This document shows positions 45,871 to 58,789 of a stretch of 64,000 nt of DNA, in pieces. The translations under genes were made by a program, and so were the position numbers. The stretch is from assembly GCF_006345805.1 (NCBI RefSeq), contig NC_043001.1, positions 23,622,001 through 23,686,000 on the forward strand, given 5' to 3'. A model generated the notes under the pieces. It was given only the letters and a program-made list of their open reading frames with translations. It searched no databases and was not told the origin of the DNA. How positions within the stretch are numbered: position 1 is the stretch's first letter; each line of letters opens with the position of its first letter. The stretch comes from Octopus sinensis. Its lineage: Eukaryota.

Positions 45871-47424
45871 TAGGAGGTCACAGGAATTCATTCAACGAAA
45901 AGAAAAAATCCCAATGATTCTTGGATTGGTGGGGGGACGACTCCTCCACTCATTTTTTCCAAACCAAAATAAGGGATTTGCAGCATATTAGGAGGTCAGG
46001 GTACTTGATCAAATGTTTTTTTTTACTTAGTGAAATTCGTGTGGGTGTTAATATAGAAATTGACCATAATGTTGTTATTTAGCCTCAGAATCAACCCTGA
46101 TACTGCAAACCTATCATCAAAGACATTCCAGCCTTCAGCAAATCATTTTTTTAGGGATAATCTAGGATATTACATACAATGGGCATGTGATTTAGGTAGG
46201 GGGATACTTTGGCTGCTATTTTTAGTGTGTTGAGTGACTAGGTAGAGGCTCTTTCATTGGTTCGACTGCATAATGAGATTTTTTTACACATATATGTAAT
46301 ATGTATATATATATATATATATATCATCATCAGAAGTTAGAGATTAAGTTAAAAGCTGAGAGTTTCATGTATTGGCACTTAACAAACACGAATTTGTCCA
46401 TTGTCGCTCTGTAACTTCTGACGAAATAACTTCTAAAATACAAAGTTTTGTCAAAAATGTTAAGAGTAAACCCTGTTCTATGTGACACATTCTACCAGTA
46501 TTGGAAGTTTGAAAGTGTTTAGTTAAAAAAAATTAATTAAATAATTTGTACGTCTAATTGAATAGCTCCGAAATGGATGAAGGGGAAAGTCAACTTCGGC
46601 AGAATTTGAACTCAAAATGTAAAGACAGATGAAATACTGCTTCTAAAATACAAAATTTTGTCAAAAACATTAAGAATAAACCCTGTTCTATGCAACATAT
46701 TCTACCAGTATCAGAAGTTTGAAAGTGTTTAATTAAAAAAATATTGATTAAATAATCTTGACCTCAGCGAAATTTGAACTCAAAACATAAAGACAGACAA
46801 AATACCACTAAGCATTTTGCCCAGCGAGCTAACGTTTCTGCCAGTTCGCAACCTTAGAATGTAAAAATTCATTTTAGAAATATATTCTTTACTCTTATTG
46901 CTTAAGTGTTACTTCTTACTTCATGACATTAAATTTCGTACCATTTTACCTCATAACTGTTTTTCTACTAATTTTTGTTCAATGCAACAAATGAATCTGA
47001 ATTCCTCATGCATTTTCCTATCATTTAAGCCTAAGAAAAGTACATTTTCAATTTAAAATTTAAAATATTTATGTCAATTGAAGATGAATGTCTGCCTTAC
47101 TACTCACTTGAGGTCTGACATATTTTGATGTAATTTTTTTTCTACTGAACCAAATCTCAAACAATTTATGCCAAAGTGTAGCTGAGGAGATGTCCTCTTT
47201 AAAATTATCAACAGTTTGCAATTTAGTTGAGAACTGAATTAGTGGTGAAGCTTGGAAACTGCTGTGATTGATGGAATGGAGGACTTGAGAATATATTCAA
47301 CCAAGGTAGTGGTTGAATATACGATATATGATATAGTTGGAATTTACAGAAAAACAAACGACGAAGACAGGTTTATAAACAACAAATAGGTGTATTAGTT
47401 TAACGCTTGGACAAGTGAGAAAAT

Positions 47425-47460
47425 CTTTTATGTTTCGAGCCTATGCTCTTCAACAGAAAG
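47425..47460 (-). ncRNA. Minimal hammerhead-like motif with variant core CUGUUGA
   Basis: CTTT-CTGTTGA-A-GAGC-ATAG-GCTC-GAA-ACAT-A-AAAG. Confidence 0.6.
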
Positions 47461-47757
47461 GAACATGAGGAAATAAACAGAGAGAGAATAAAACACCAGA
47501 AAAAGAATAAAAAGAGAATAAATATACACGTATATATATACACATACATACATATATATAAATATATATATACATATATATAAATACATATATACATACA
47601 TACATATATATACCGGAGTAAACACATAAATGTGAAACAAGGTGGAAAAAAGAGTACTCAAATACCAGTGGTAGAGTAATATGCTTTATTTAAAGCAGCA
47701 GAAAATTCAACAAAATCTGTTACTCTGAGTTTCTCGTTGCCGTTCATCAATACATAC

Positions 47758-47825
<68 letters not shown>

Positions 47826-48925
47826 GAAACTAACTGGCTTCTGTGCTGGTGGCATTTAAGAGGCACCATTCACACATGATTGTTATCAGCGTCGCCTTGC
47901 TGGCACTTGTGCTGGTGGCATGTGAAAAAACATTTGAGCAAGGTCGTTGCCAGTGCCACTGGTCTGGCTTCTGTGCAGGTGGCACGTAAAATATACCATT
48001 TGAGTGTGGCAATTGCCAGTACCGCCTGACTGGCCCTTGTGCCGGTAGCATGTAGGAGCACCCACTACACTCTCGGAGAGGTTGGCGTTAGGAAGGGCAT
48101 TCAGCTGTAGAAACACATACATATATACATACATACAAATATACACACATATGTACATACACACACACGTACATGTACACACACTCACGTACATATACAC
48201 ATACATGTACATACACACATGTACATACACACACATGTACACACCTACATATGTATGTACACACATGTATGTATGTAGGTATGTATATATGTATGCATGC
48301 ATGCATGCATGTATGTATGCAATGAGCGTCTTTCAGTTTCTGTCTATCAAATCCACTCACAAGGCTTTGGTTGGCACAAGGCTGTAGTAGAAGACACTTG
48401 CCCAAGAAGAATATTATTATAAAGTCAGTAAAGAGTTAATAAATAACTTGTGACTAAACTGTGCAGCTTATCATGTCTTACATTTGATGAATGGAGATGA
48501 TGTAGTTCCATTAGAAGCCTTTACAGCAGTGATCTGCAAACAAAGATTAATCTATTGTTTTCTTAGGATAAGAATGACATGTCTCAACAGATCAGATTAA
48601 AGAATAAGTTCAATATGTTAGTGCAGCAGTTACAAATAAAAGGGATAATCTAAATAAGAAAGGACTGACCTTGGGCCTTGTTTAGTCTTTGTTACTAGAG
48701 AAATTAGATATAAATTGAAAACAGAAACATGAAAAGTGTGGAGAGGATAAATATATATTCAATCAAGAAAACAAAACGATATGAAAATATATTTAGTGCT
48801 TTATCAATGAAAGTAAAAAGTATAATAAAAAATAATGACAAAAAACCCCATACAGTTTAGAAAAGCATTCAGAAAAAGCTATTCCTTGATATAAGGAATC
48901 ATTCACAGGTTTTCTATAAGTCTAT

Positions 48926-49500
48926 GGCTTTTAATAATAATAATAATAATAATAATAATGAAATTATTGTATACAGTGCTCAGGTGCACCACAACTTGTC
49001 AAAAAGTGCATATAAAGTATATGCAGTAATGTACAAATGCCTGGAAAACGAACAGTATATGAGTCAGATACATGGTTGCGTGTTTATGGAGGGGGGAAAA
49101 TCAGGTGTAGTGTTGGCGAATCTCAGGAAGCATGGAAGTTTTGAAGGATGCAGTGCTCTGACAACTAACAACTGATTCCCTTGGTTGCACGTCGCTGAAC
49201 GGCTTCCAGACGATTAATATCCTGGGCAAGATAGGGGTTCCAGACCAGTGATGCAAATTCCAGGTGAGGTCGTACCATAGCTATATAAAGCTGCACATAG
49301 ATAGCCGGAGAGCGGCTCACAAAGGACTTGGTGAGGGATGCCAAGCGGCCCTCAGCCTTCTTGGCAATTTTAGCGAGGTGTTTTGTCCAACGCAAATCGC
49401 TGTCGACAATAATGCCCAGGTCACGTTTACAAGAAGACTTTTTGAGATTAGTGCTGTGGAGGGAGTAAGTAGACGCTGGGTTTTTCCTCCCAAAATGCAT
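48926..49500 (-). mobile_element. CR1/L2-group LINE 3' fragment
   Basis: ERDLG-like RDLGIIVDSDL..., VRPHLEFASLVWNPY, LEAVQRRATK. Confidence 0.85.
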
Positions 49501-50966
49501 GGGATCGTGCTATTGTTTCACAGACATCTTAGTGTTCTCCACTTCCCCACCCTCCACAAAAATAAAGAAATAAAAAGTCATTTGATTGACAAGCTTCATG
49601 TAATTCCCTAATATGTACCAACCTCTGGACCTCACACATGCTCGCTTTCTTTCTTACCAGTCTGCTTTTCTGCACTTACTAACCATAATCGCTGCATTTC
49701 AGGACAGGCTGCTTTTATACCATTTCCACTCAGGCTTTCCCCATCTCACTTGTCCCTTACTCTCTCTCCAAACATGTTAATCTTCTAAAATTCTCCTTCT
49801 GCTCATATTTTGCCTTCAGTTGTTCAAAAGGAAAATCAACTACATCAATTCCAGGCCATAGGTACAGCATCCTCCTTCAAGCCTGTTCTGTCTGGCACTC
49901 CATTGGTTATGCCACCAAAGGTTCCAGTTTAATGTAACAGCTTGACTGAAATTAATGTAGTTCTCATGGAGATCCAGTGTGACACAAGATGTGACAAGGA
50001 CTGGCCCTTTGAAATACAGATACAACTCATTTTTGCCAAATGAGTAGACTGGGGTAATGTGAAATAATTTGTCTTGCTCAAGAATACATTCAAAGTACTG
50101 CCAGGAATCGAAGCCACAACCTTACGACAATGGGCTGAATACCACTAAGCCACGTGCCTTTAAGTCAAATCATTAAAAACAAAACAAAACACTGGCCCTG
50201 CCTACCGTTTTTCTTTTTTGCTACCATAACAATGACTTCTTGGCTATGCCCACCTAAACCAATGCTGTAGTTTTTGTCTTTTATTAACTAGTGCTTCTTA
50301 TTTCCTCAGATGCTACACTAATCACTTTGTAAAATCTACTATGCTCAATTAGTAATATTTTTGTTACCAAATTTTCCATCAAACCTTTTCATCTTGTAAG
50401 CTATTCACATCAATCATCATCATCATCGTTTAACGTCTGTTTTCCATCTAAAAGAATACACAATATCTCTGGGCATTGCCTCACCGTCTCTGAGAGGAAC
50501 TCCCCACACAAATAAAATTAACAAAAACTAATGAATTTTTAAAAAAGAAATTGAAAATTTTATGCTATTGAGGGTGTTGATGAGCAATTTATATTATTTC
50601 CCCATATGTTATACTAATCAATCTGTAAAATCTACTGTACTCAATTTGTAAAATTTTTGTTACCAAATTTTTCATCTTACTTTTCATCAATATCAATCTT
50701 GTACTATATTCATATCAAACATCATCATCTAATGTTCATTTTCCATGCTGGCATGGGTTGGACAGTTGTCACAAGCTGGCAAACTAGAGGGTTGCACAAG
50801 GCACCAATTACCTGTTTTGGCATGATTTCTATGGTTGGACGCCCTTCCTAACACCAACCACTTTATAGAATGTAATGGGTATTTTTCATATATGGTACCA
50901 GCTTGTAAACAATCTAGAAGAATATACAATATCTCTTGACATTACTTCTCAGAAAGGAAAAAAAAA

Positions 50967-51355
50967 TAGGCGCAGGAGTGGCTGTGTGGTAAGTAGCTTG
51001 CTTACGAACCACATGATTCCAGATTCAGTCCCATTGTGTGGCACCTTGGGCAAGTGTCTTCTACTATAGCTTCAGGCCAACCAAGGCCTTGTGAGTGGAT
51101 TTGGTAGATGGAAACTGAAAGAAGCCTGTCATATATATGTATTTATATGTGTGTGCGTGTGTTTGTCCCCCAACATCGCTTGACAACCGATGCTGGTGTG
51201 TTTACGTCCCCGTAACTTAGTGGTTCGGCAAAAGAGCCCGATGGAATAAGTACTAGGCTTATAAAGAATAAGTCCTGGAGCCGATTTCTTCGACTAAAGG
51301 CAATGCACCAGTATGGCCACAGTCAAATGACTGAAACAAGTAAAAGAGTAAAAAC
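50967..51355 (+). mobile_element. SINE family A
   Basis: Full head-to-tail match. Confidence 0.85.
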
Positions 51356-52820
51356 AAAAACTAATGAATCATAGAAAAGAAAGTGAAATTTTTTTTATGC
51401 AAGTGAACGAACTATAGTCACAAAAGCTTAAAGAAATTTTTTTTCTTTGTTTCATTATTTAGTCTCAGGAAGACAAACATTGTACATTGTCTTTGCAGAT
51501 CTTTTCAAACTGATGGATGTACTAACTGTTCAGTTTAAGGTTTTGCTAATTGATACCTGTAGAGTAAATGCAGATGGAAAGAACATTCCAGTATTACTAT
51601 CCAGTAGGGGAAATTTTTAGCAGAGTGTTTGAGGGTGAAGCACCTGGGATGGTGAGAGGAGAGTGCAGTGGAGTGTGAGTGGGTAATACAACTTACAAGT
51701 TCAAAGAAGCAGAAACTATTGTAGTTTCTATTGTAAGGCGGTGAGCTGGCAGAATCATTAGCACGCCAGGCAAAATGCTTAGTGGGATTTTGTCTGCCGC
51801 TATGTTCTGAGTTCAAATTCCGCTCTGGTCGACTTTACCTTTCATCCTTTCGGGGTCGATAAATTAAATACCAGTTATGCACTGGGGTCAATGTAATCAA
51901 CTTAATCCGTTTGTCTGTCCTTGTTTGTCCCCTTGTGGGCAATACAGAAATAATAAACTATTGCGCGTCACCATACAAGCACCTGTGCTGGTGGCACATG
52001 AAAAAACATTCGAGTGAGGTTGTTGCTAGTGCCGCTGGACTGGCTCCTGTGCAGGTGGCACATAAAAAGCACCATTTGAGCGTGGCACGTAAAAGCACTC
52101 ACTATACTCTCAGAGTGGTTGGCATTAGGAAGGGCATCCGGGTGTAGAAACTCTGCCAGATCAGATTGGAGTCTGGTGCAGCCATCTGGTTCACCAGACC
52201 TCAGTCAAATCATCCAACCCATGCTAGCATGGAAAGCGGACGTTAAACGATGATGATGATGTAGTGGTGTTAGAAGAAATAAAGTGAAGGCACAACATAT
52301 TATTATGATTATAGTTGTAGTGGTGGTGGCAGTGTTGTTTAGCCTCTGATTAACCCTGGTTTAGCAAATCTGTAATCAAAGGCAATGCACCTTTGACTAT
52401 CCTCATGTTTCATACATTAAAAACTAGTGTTCTGTAAGTCTTTCCTATTTGGAAATGATAAACTGTGATTTGAAGTAACTTAGCTGGATAGAGGCTCCAC
52501 CACTGATTAACAGTGTTGTCAGTCAATCAGTCAGTTTGGTAATTTTAGAGGATCAGCCTTGAGTGCTTGTCCTAATGTAGGTTACACCTTGTAAAGAATT
52601 AGTAACTGATCACAACTGAAGTATTTTCTAGCTCCAATTGTCAAAAGGTCAATAATTTAAATGTTAAATTTCAACATTCATTTTTGTATATAGTCAAAAG
52701 TTTATCTTTTAACTAAAAGTAGGAGCTAGTATTTGTCATTTCAGTCACATAATGGCCAAAATGGGTGTGATAGCCAGGTTCTGAATTTGGCATTTTTATT
52801 TTTATAGGATTAGCCAAGAA

Positions 52821-53057
52821 CAGTGGTTCTCAACCATTTTTCTCTTAGGGACCCCTTTGATACCTATTTTACTCAGGTGGACCCTCTTAGCAATTTGATG
52901 TTTAAAAAACCCTATTATATTATTAAGAATTGTATAAAAATAGCTAAAATATTTTGTGTATTGTAAAATAACAAAATATAACCAATTAACTTCATTTTAA
53001 CAACAAAATGTTATTTGGACCCCACCTGGCCACATGGACCTCAGTTGAGAACCATTG
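52821..53057. mobile_element. hAT (Charlie-like) MITE
   Basis: TIR CAGTGGTTCTCAAC / GTTGAGAACCATTG; imperfect 8-bp TSD gccaagaa / gtctagaa, matching the NTCTAGAN target consensus. Confidence 0.75.
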
Positions 53058-53379
53058 GTCTAGAAGGGGCTGTACCTATGTCCTTTGTAGGCTTTCCAAG
53101 ACTAGCAAGGTTGAAGTGCTTAATGTTATAAACATTAGACCATGCAGGTGAGCATTCAAGCCAAACAAGCTTCATACTCATCAGGAAACGAGACAGACTA
53201 ATCAGCATCATCATCATTAAGTGTCCATTGTCCATGCTGGCATAGGTTGGATGGTTTTCCAGGGCTGGCAAGCTGCACCAGACTCCAATCTGTTGTGACA
53301 TGGTTTCTACGGCTGGATGCCCTTCCTAATGCTAACCACTCCGAGAGTGTGATGGGTGCTTTTATGTGCATTTGTGTGA

Positions 53380-54195
53380 CATTGATATCTGTCATAACTG
53401 TGATTTTATTTAGCTTGTTGGGTCTTCTTCTCAAGCAAGACACAATGCCAAAGGTCTTGGTCATTGCCTTTGTGAGGCCCAACACTCAAAAGGAGCTTTT
53501 CATGTGCCACTGGCATGAGCAACTTTTCCTTTGTGAGGCCCAAAGTTTGAAGATCATGTTTCATCACCTCGTCCCATGTCTTCCTGGCTCTACCTCTACC
53601 ACAGGTTCCTTCCACAGAGATTGGCACTTCTTTACACAGCTGTCCTCATCCATAAGCATCAAATAACCATACCAGCACAGTTGTCTCTCTTGCACAACAC
53701 ATCTGATGCCTCTTATGCCCAACTTTTCTCTCAAGATGCTTACACTGTCAAACATGCACACTGATATTGCACATCCAGTTGAAGCATACTGGCTTCATTT
53801 TTTTAAGCCTATGCATGTCCTCAGCTGTCACAGCCCAGGTTTCCCTGCTGTGTAGCATAGCTGTTCACACACAGGCATCATATAATCTGCCTTTCACTCT
53901 AAGGGAGAGGCCCTTTGTTGTCAGCAGAGGTAGGAGCTCTCGGAACTTTGCCCAGCCTAATCTTATTCTCAGAGCTATGCTCTTAGAGCATCCATCTCTG
54001 CTACTAACTTGGTCACCTAGATAATGGAAGCTATCTACTACCTCTAGCTTACTCCACTGGCATTAGATGCGGACACATTTCTCTCCTATGACATCACTAT
54101 TTTCTCTCACACACTGTTTTGCAGTCTGAAACATTTCAAGTCTTTGGTCCTCACATCACTGAACATAGGCAAACTTCTTTTCTGCTTCTTCCTTG
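53380..54195 (-). mobile_element. Degenerate RTE-clade LINE 3' part (same family)
   Basis: LREKLGIRGIRC..QERQLCWYG...GRGRARKTWDEV; short relative near 43505-43660. Confidence 0.85.
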
Positions 54196-54960
54196 ACTAG
54201 ATATATCCATATGATATGCCACAAACTGTGTGAACTTGGCATAGCTGGAAAACTTGGAGAGTGGTTACATGACTTTCAGAAAGACAGAAGTCAAGCAGTA
54301 GTGGCCAATAGAGCCACCTCAATGAAAACACAAATAGTGAGCGGTGTTCCACAGGGCACTGTCTTGGGACCACTGCTTTCAATAGTGGCCTCTCAGATAT
54401 GGCCTCAACTGCCTTGCTAGCTACACAGATGATATGAAAGTCTTGCAGAAAATACAAAGCCCCAGTGATATTGCACAACTGCAGCAGGAGTTGGACTCAA
54501 TTTAGAGATGGGCTCAGGATAATAATATGCAGTTTAATGCTGAATATTTCCAAGCCATGCACTACAAGTGTCCAAAACTGAATATGAAACTTACAGGGTA
54601 CATTGGTCTACAGTAAATTTCAATCCCAGAGCATAAATCAATGAGGGACCTGGGTATCGACCTTAGTGATGATACCTCTTTCCAAGTGCACATTACCAGG
54701 ATGGCGACAAAGTACAGGCTGGCTGGATCCCGAGAACATTCAGAACCAGAGATAAGGAAACCATGATGGTCCTATAAAGGACATTCATCCTCAGCCACCT
54801 GGATTAGTGCTCCCAGCTATGGTCACCCAACAGTGTAAAATTAACAGCAGACCTTGAAGTAATCCAGCGAAGATCATCTCTTTGCAACTGCTCAGCTACT
54901 GGGAAAGGCTGAAACAGCTAAGACTCTACGTCCTGGAGCGAAGGTGAGTGAGGTATGCAG
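54195..54960 (+). mobile_element. CR1-group LINE RT fragment
   Basis: SGVPQGTVLGPLL, MRDLG, HLDYCSQLWSP-like; a related 3' end lies at 32930-33210(-). Confidence 0.82.
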
Positions 54961-55199
54961 TATACACATACACATATATATGCATGTATATATTATAATT
55001 TCATTCACAACTAAGATGTATTATAAATCACTCCAAGTATTTTTAACTGAAGGGATTTGAATTTAGAATGTAAAGGTTTATAACTTCTCTAACAATTCTG
55101 GCAAACTGTCACTTGGTTGTATTATCAATTTTAATATTGTAAATTGCTTTTTTAGTTTTATAAGTGAGGAGGGTGCAGACAAATGCAGTTGATGGTTAC

Positions 55200-55274
55200 C
55201 TTGAACATCAACAGGAGGAAATTCCTGAGACTTGCAATGAGGGAAGATGGATTGGGATGTGTTTACTGTAGAAT
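55200..55274 (-). CDS. MXRA7-like probable internal exon (DSTVNTSQ...PPVDVQ)
   Basis: cccag|AT...CAA G|gtaacc; 75 nt, phase 1/1, compatible with the terminal exon. Polypyrimidine tract is weak. Confidence 0.55.
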
Positions 55275-55738
55275 CTGGGAAGTCTAGTTGTAAAGTTGTC
55301 TTTCCAATTCATCATCATCGTTTTATCGCCCATGCTTGCATGGCTTAGACAGAATTTGTCGAGGGCGGCTTATCTATGTACGGCCAGATGCTCTTGCTGC
55401 CGTTAACTCACGCCTGTTTTCAAGCAAAGTAATTTTTTCCTTATGTCCAGAAGAATGGAAGCAAAAGAAATCACTTGCATAACGGTGACACTTGTTTACA
55501 ACTATCAAGACACAGAGTCAGTAACACACATACATACGACAAGCCTCTTTCAGTTTCCGCCAACCAGATCAACTCACAAGGCTTTGGTCGGCCCGGGGAC
55601 ATAGAAGAAGACGCTTGCCCACGGTAACATGTGGTTGAGATGCAAACTTCCTACCTCACAGCCACACCAGCACCTTTTAATCATTTTATAGGTATGATTT
55701 GTTCGACTCCATTTTAAGACAAAAAAAAAAACACAAAC

Positions 55739-55784
55739 CTGTGACTAAGCATGGAATTAACGAGGAAATACACTTTCTCGCCAT
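55739..55784 (-). CDS. MXRA7-like probable first coding exon (MARKCISSLIPCLVT)
   Basis: ATG at 55784, donor ACA G|gtttgt, phase 1; yields a 129-aa product with the two downstream exons. It could instead be an internal exon starting at 55822. Confidence 0.45.
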
Positions 55785-56469
55785 CACTATAGACAATGCT
55801 TGCCAGGTTTCTTCTCTGGGATCTAACTAATTCTATCTTTATGAATTCCTCTGAGAAAGCTTTATTGTTTTCGATAGAATCTATCTTATTCCAAGCGCTT
55901 CGTATCTTTCTTTTTGCCATAAAATCGATTAGGAAAAAAAAATAAAGAGAAACTATGCTATATTATAATATTTTTCTGTAACAAAGCAGAAACGAACACA
56001 GTAAAACAATATTTACTATGCGAAATGATGTTCGCATGAAATAATTTCCTTGTAAATAACAATACGTAGTTACCTTAACAAGACGAGACAAATTTAGACA
56101 TAGTATTGTTAATGTAAAGTTAGAAATAGAATACTAATTTGAGAATATTGTAAGCATTCAATTAGAACAATGGGTTCAGGCTGTTTCTTTTCTTTTTTAT
56201 CAATTTATCGACATAATATTTTTAGTTCGTGATTTTTGTATTAACTATTGATATTTCTGCAAGGCTAAGTGACTAAAATATACAGCAGTTATATGAAATT
56301 CTGTTGTCATTAACACCAGCTAATTATCCATATTTATTGATGCCATAATGCACAGAAATGTTTTTTTTTACATCCGTATATATAAATATATATATATATA
56401 ACGATATATATTATAAATAAAACGATAAAATACGTATTCCACATCCAACCTAAAAAAAAATTAATTAAA

Positions 56470-56680
56470 ATGGCATTATTGAAAACCATGAAAACGTGTA
56501 TTTAAAAAGGTTCGACGAAATTTCTATCCGCAAAGGGTGTAAGACAGGGCGATCCTATTCCCCCTAAGCTATTTCCAAACTACTTAAAAGTATTTTTAAG
56601 ACTACGTTAGAAAATGGGAAATCAAAATCTACAGTGAATTTCTCACGCATCTTCGATTCACAGACATGATTCCCGTGTCA
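56470..56680 (+). mobile_element. RTE RT fragment
   Basis: KGVRQGDPIPPKLF and LTHLRFTD; a probable continuation lies at 58790-59350 (WFGHVRRMND.WT). Confidence 0.7.
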
Positions 56681-57137
56681 GGAGATCCGACACAACTCAC
56701 CACCATATGTCACAGGCCCCACGCAAATGCTTTATAAGAGTGCTATGTCGCTTTTGTCACGTATACTGGGTGCTTAAAGTTGATCCAAAAGTGGAACATT
56801 TCTGAGATCCAATATACTTCAAGTTGAATTGAATGACAGCAGCAAATAGGTAAACACTTAGTTTTTTGTCGGATGCTAATGAATAGATTTTCCATTTTAT
56901 TTCTTTATTTTGATGTATTAACCCTGATATATAATAATTGGGATTATTATATAACGGGGTTAATACACCATAAGGTTTGCTGAATGAATCAGATTATTAC
57001 TGGTATATTTACCAAAAACACCATAATGTTAGCCATCGTCGTTAAATAATATCGGAATTTTATTTCATTTACAGAAGTAGGAAGGAATGGTAGATTTATT
57101 GAAAATTTAGATAATTCAATAATTACAAATATAACAC

Positions 57138-57185
<48 letters not shown>

Positions 57186-57289
57186 CTATGAAACATATAC
57201 TACAAAACCACATTAAAATACTAACAAGGAAAAAGAAAAGAGAAAACAAAGAGGAAGACAGAAAGAAAAAGGCCATCAGTTCACACTTT

Positions 57290-57585
57290 AGTGCTTCTCC
57301 GATCGCACACTACAAGGTTCAGCGGAACCTACTGAAGCAAGCCAAAAACCTCGTGGTATTTACCACAGGTGACGCCGAGGCTAAGGCGTTGGAACAGGCA
57401 AGTACCCTCACCTGCATCACCTGACACCTCGGTAAGGCGAGCCGCAGACCACAAGAACTTTGCCATTAGCTGTCCAGCCCCTCCAAACGCCTCAAAAAGG
57501 TTCACTGATAAGTCATAATACTTAAGGATTTTATTCCGTTTAGTTACGGATGCGGTGACCCTTACATTTTCAGCAGCATCTAGGA

Positions 57586-57625
<40 letters not shown>

Positions 57626-57800
57626 CAAAGGAGTCACATCGAGGCATCTACCTCTTACCCAGAAGAAAATGTGGCGGAGCGTAAGGCATGCGTGTGCAAA
57701 AGGCAGACTCCTTCTAAATGTTTTCGAGATAACTCAGAGGACCCATAGCATTGGGTGGATTGCAAGGCTGAGGCGCTGGAACAACCAAGCACTATCCAGG
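57290..57800 (-). mobile_element. CRE-like (REL endonuclease) non-LTR retrotransposon C-terminal fragment
   Basis: K..KY.DLS.NLFEAFGGAG...FL...AARL.EVSGD.GEGTCLFQRLSLGV.CGK. Confidence 0.6.
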
Positions 57801-58349
57801 ATACCACCTTATAATATCGCGTATAGTTTCTACTTTAAACATTAAACGAAAAGTTAACATTCAAGTACAAACAACACATTTAATTTATAAAGACACATTT
57901 TCAACGTTAGACCACAGAAACAAATTCATATGATATTAGGGTTGAATAAAAGGAGAAAATGTTCAATTTGTGCATCACAGATGCCGAAGTAACAATGTTA
58001 TATAGAAATGAATACGTAATATATCATTTAAGGCTTGGTTCACCCTTTCAAATTCGCCAATATAATTTATTGTGTCTAAGCCTCTAAATGTTTCAAACAT
58101 GTCACTTAGCAGATAAATATTGAACTTTTGGTAAAATAATAAAGTGAAAACCTATGATACAATTCGATTACCCCCTGTAATGGATAACATACAAGGCATT
58201 CAATATGCAGTTGGATTTATAAAAATAATTAATATTCTACAAAATAGCCAGGTCCCCCTTTGTTACATATACTACGGCTCTGCATTAGCTTAATTCAACG
58301 AAGAATGAACATAAAAAAAAACCTCTAAGAAACTGTTAGATGAAGTTCC

Positions 58350-58770
58350 GGAGCTTTTCGGTTTGAACGGCAGTTTTTAACATAATTTCTAGGTAACTTA
58401 AACACTTTTAAACTTCGTATACTGGTAGAATGTGTTTATAAAACATCTTTTTCTCTTGGCTTTATTGAGAAAATTCTATAGTTTGTAAGATATTTGTTGT
58501 TTTTTACTTCAATTTCTGCAATTTCAACCAATCAGTGACGTCTATTGAGTTAAAAAGCATCCTGTGCCGTATGAATATGTCCCTCGTTTAAGAAACAGAT
58601 TGGGTTTATTTACATTTGTGAAGAAAAAAAGATACCCTTCCCCCACCCCTAACCAACCCTAACCCTAAAAGAGATTGAAATGCAATAAGATCGATACTAG
58701 GGTCATAATTATGGGTGACAATTTCATATGACACCGCAAGAAAAAACTGCCGTTCAAACCGAAAAGATCC
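58350..58770. mobile_element. Same 8-bp-TSD MITE family, second copy
   Basis: TSD gaagttcc at 58342-58349 and 58771-58778. Confidence 0.87.
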
Positions 58771-58789
58771 GAAGTTCCTGATATAAAAG

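Noticed and set aside
47105-47290. Open frame on - ending at CAA|gtgagt, a candidate extra exon of the MXRA7-like gene
   Set aside because: Ends in phase 0, incompatible with the phase-1 terminal exon; weak acceptor and no homology.
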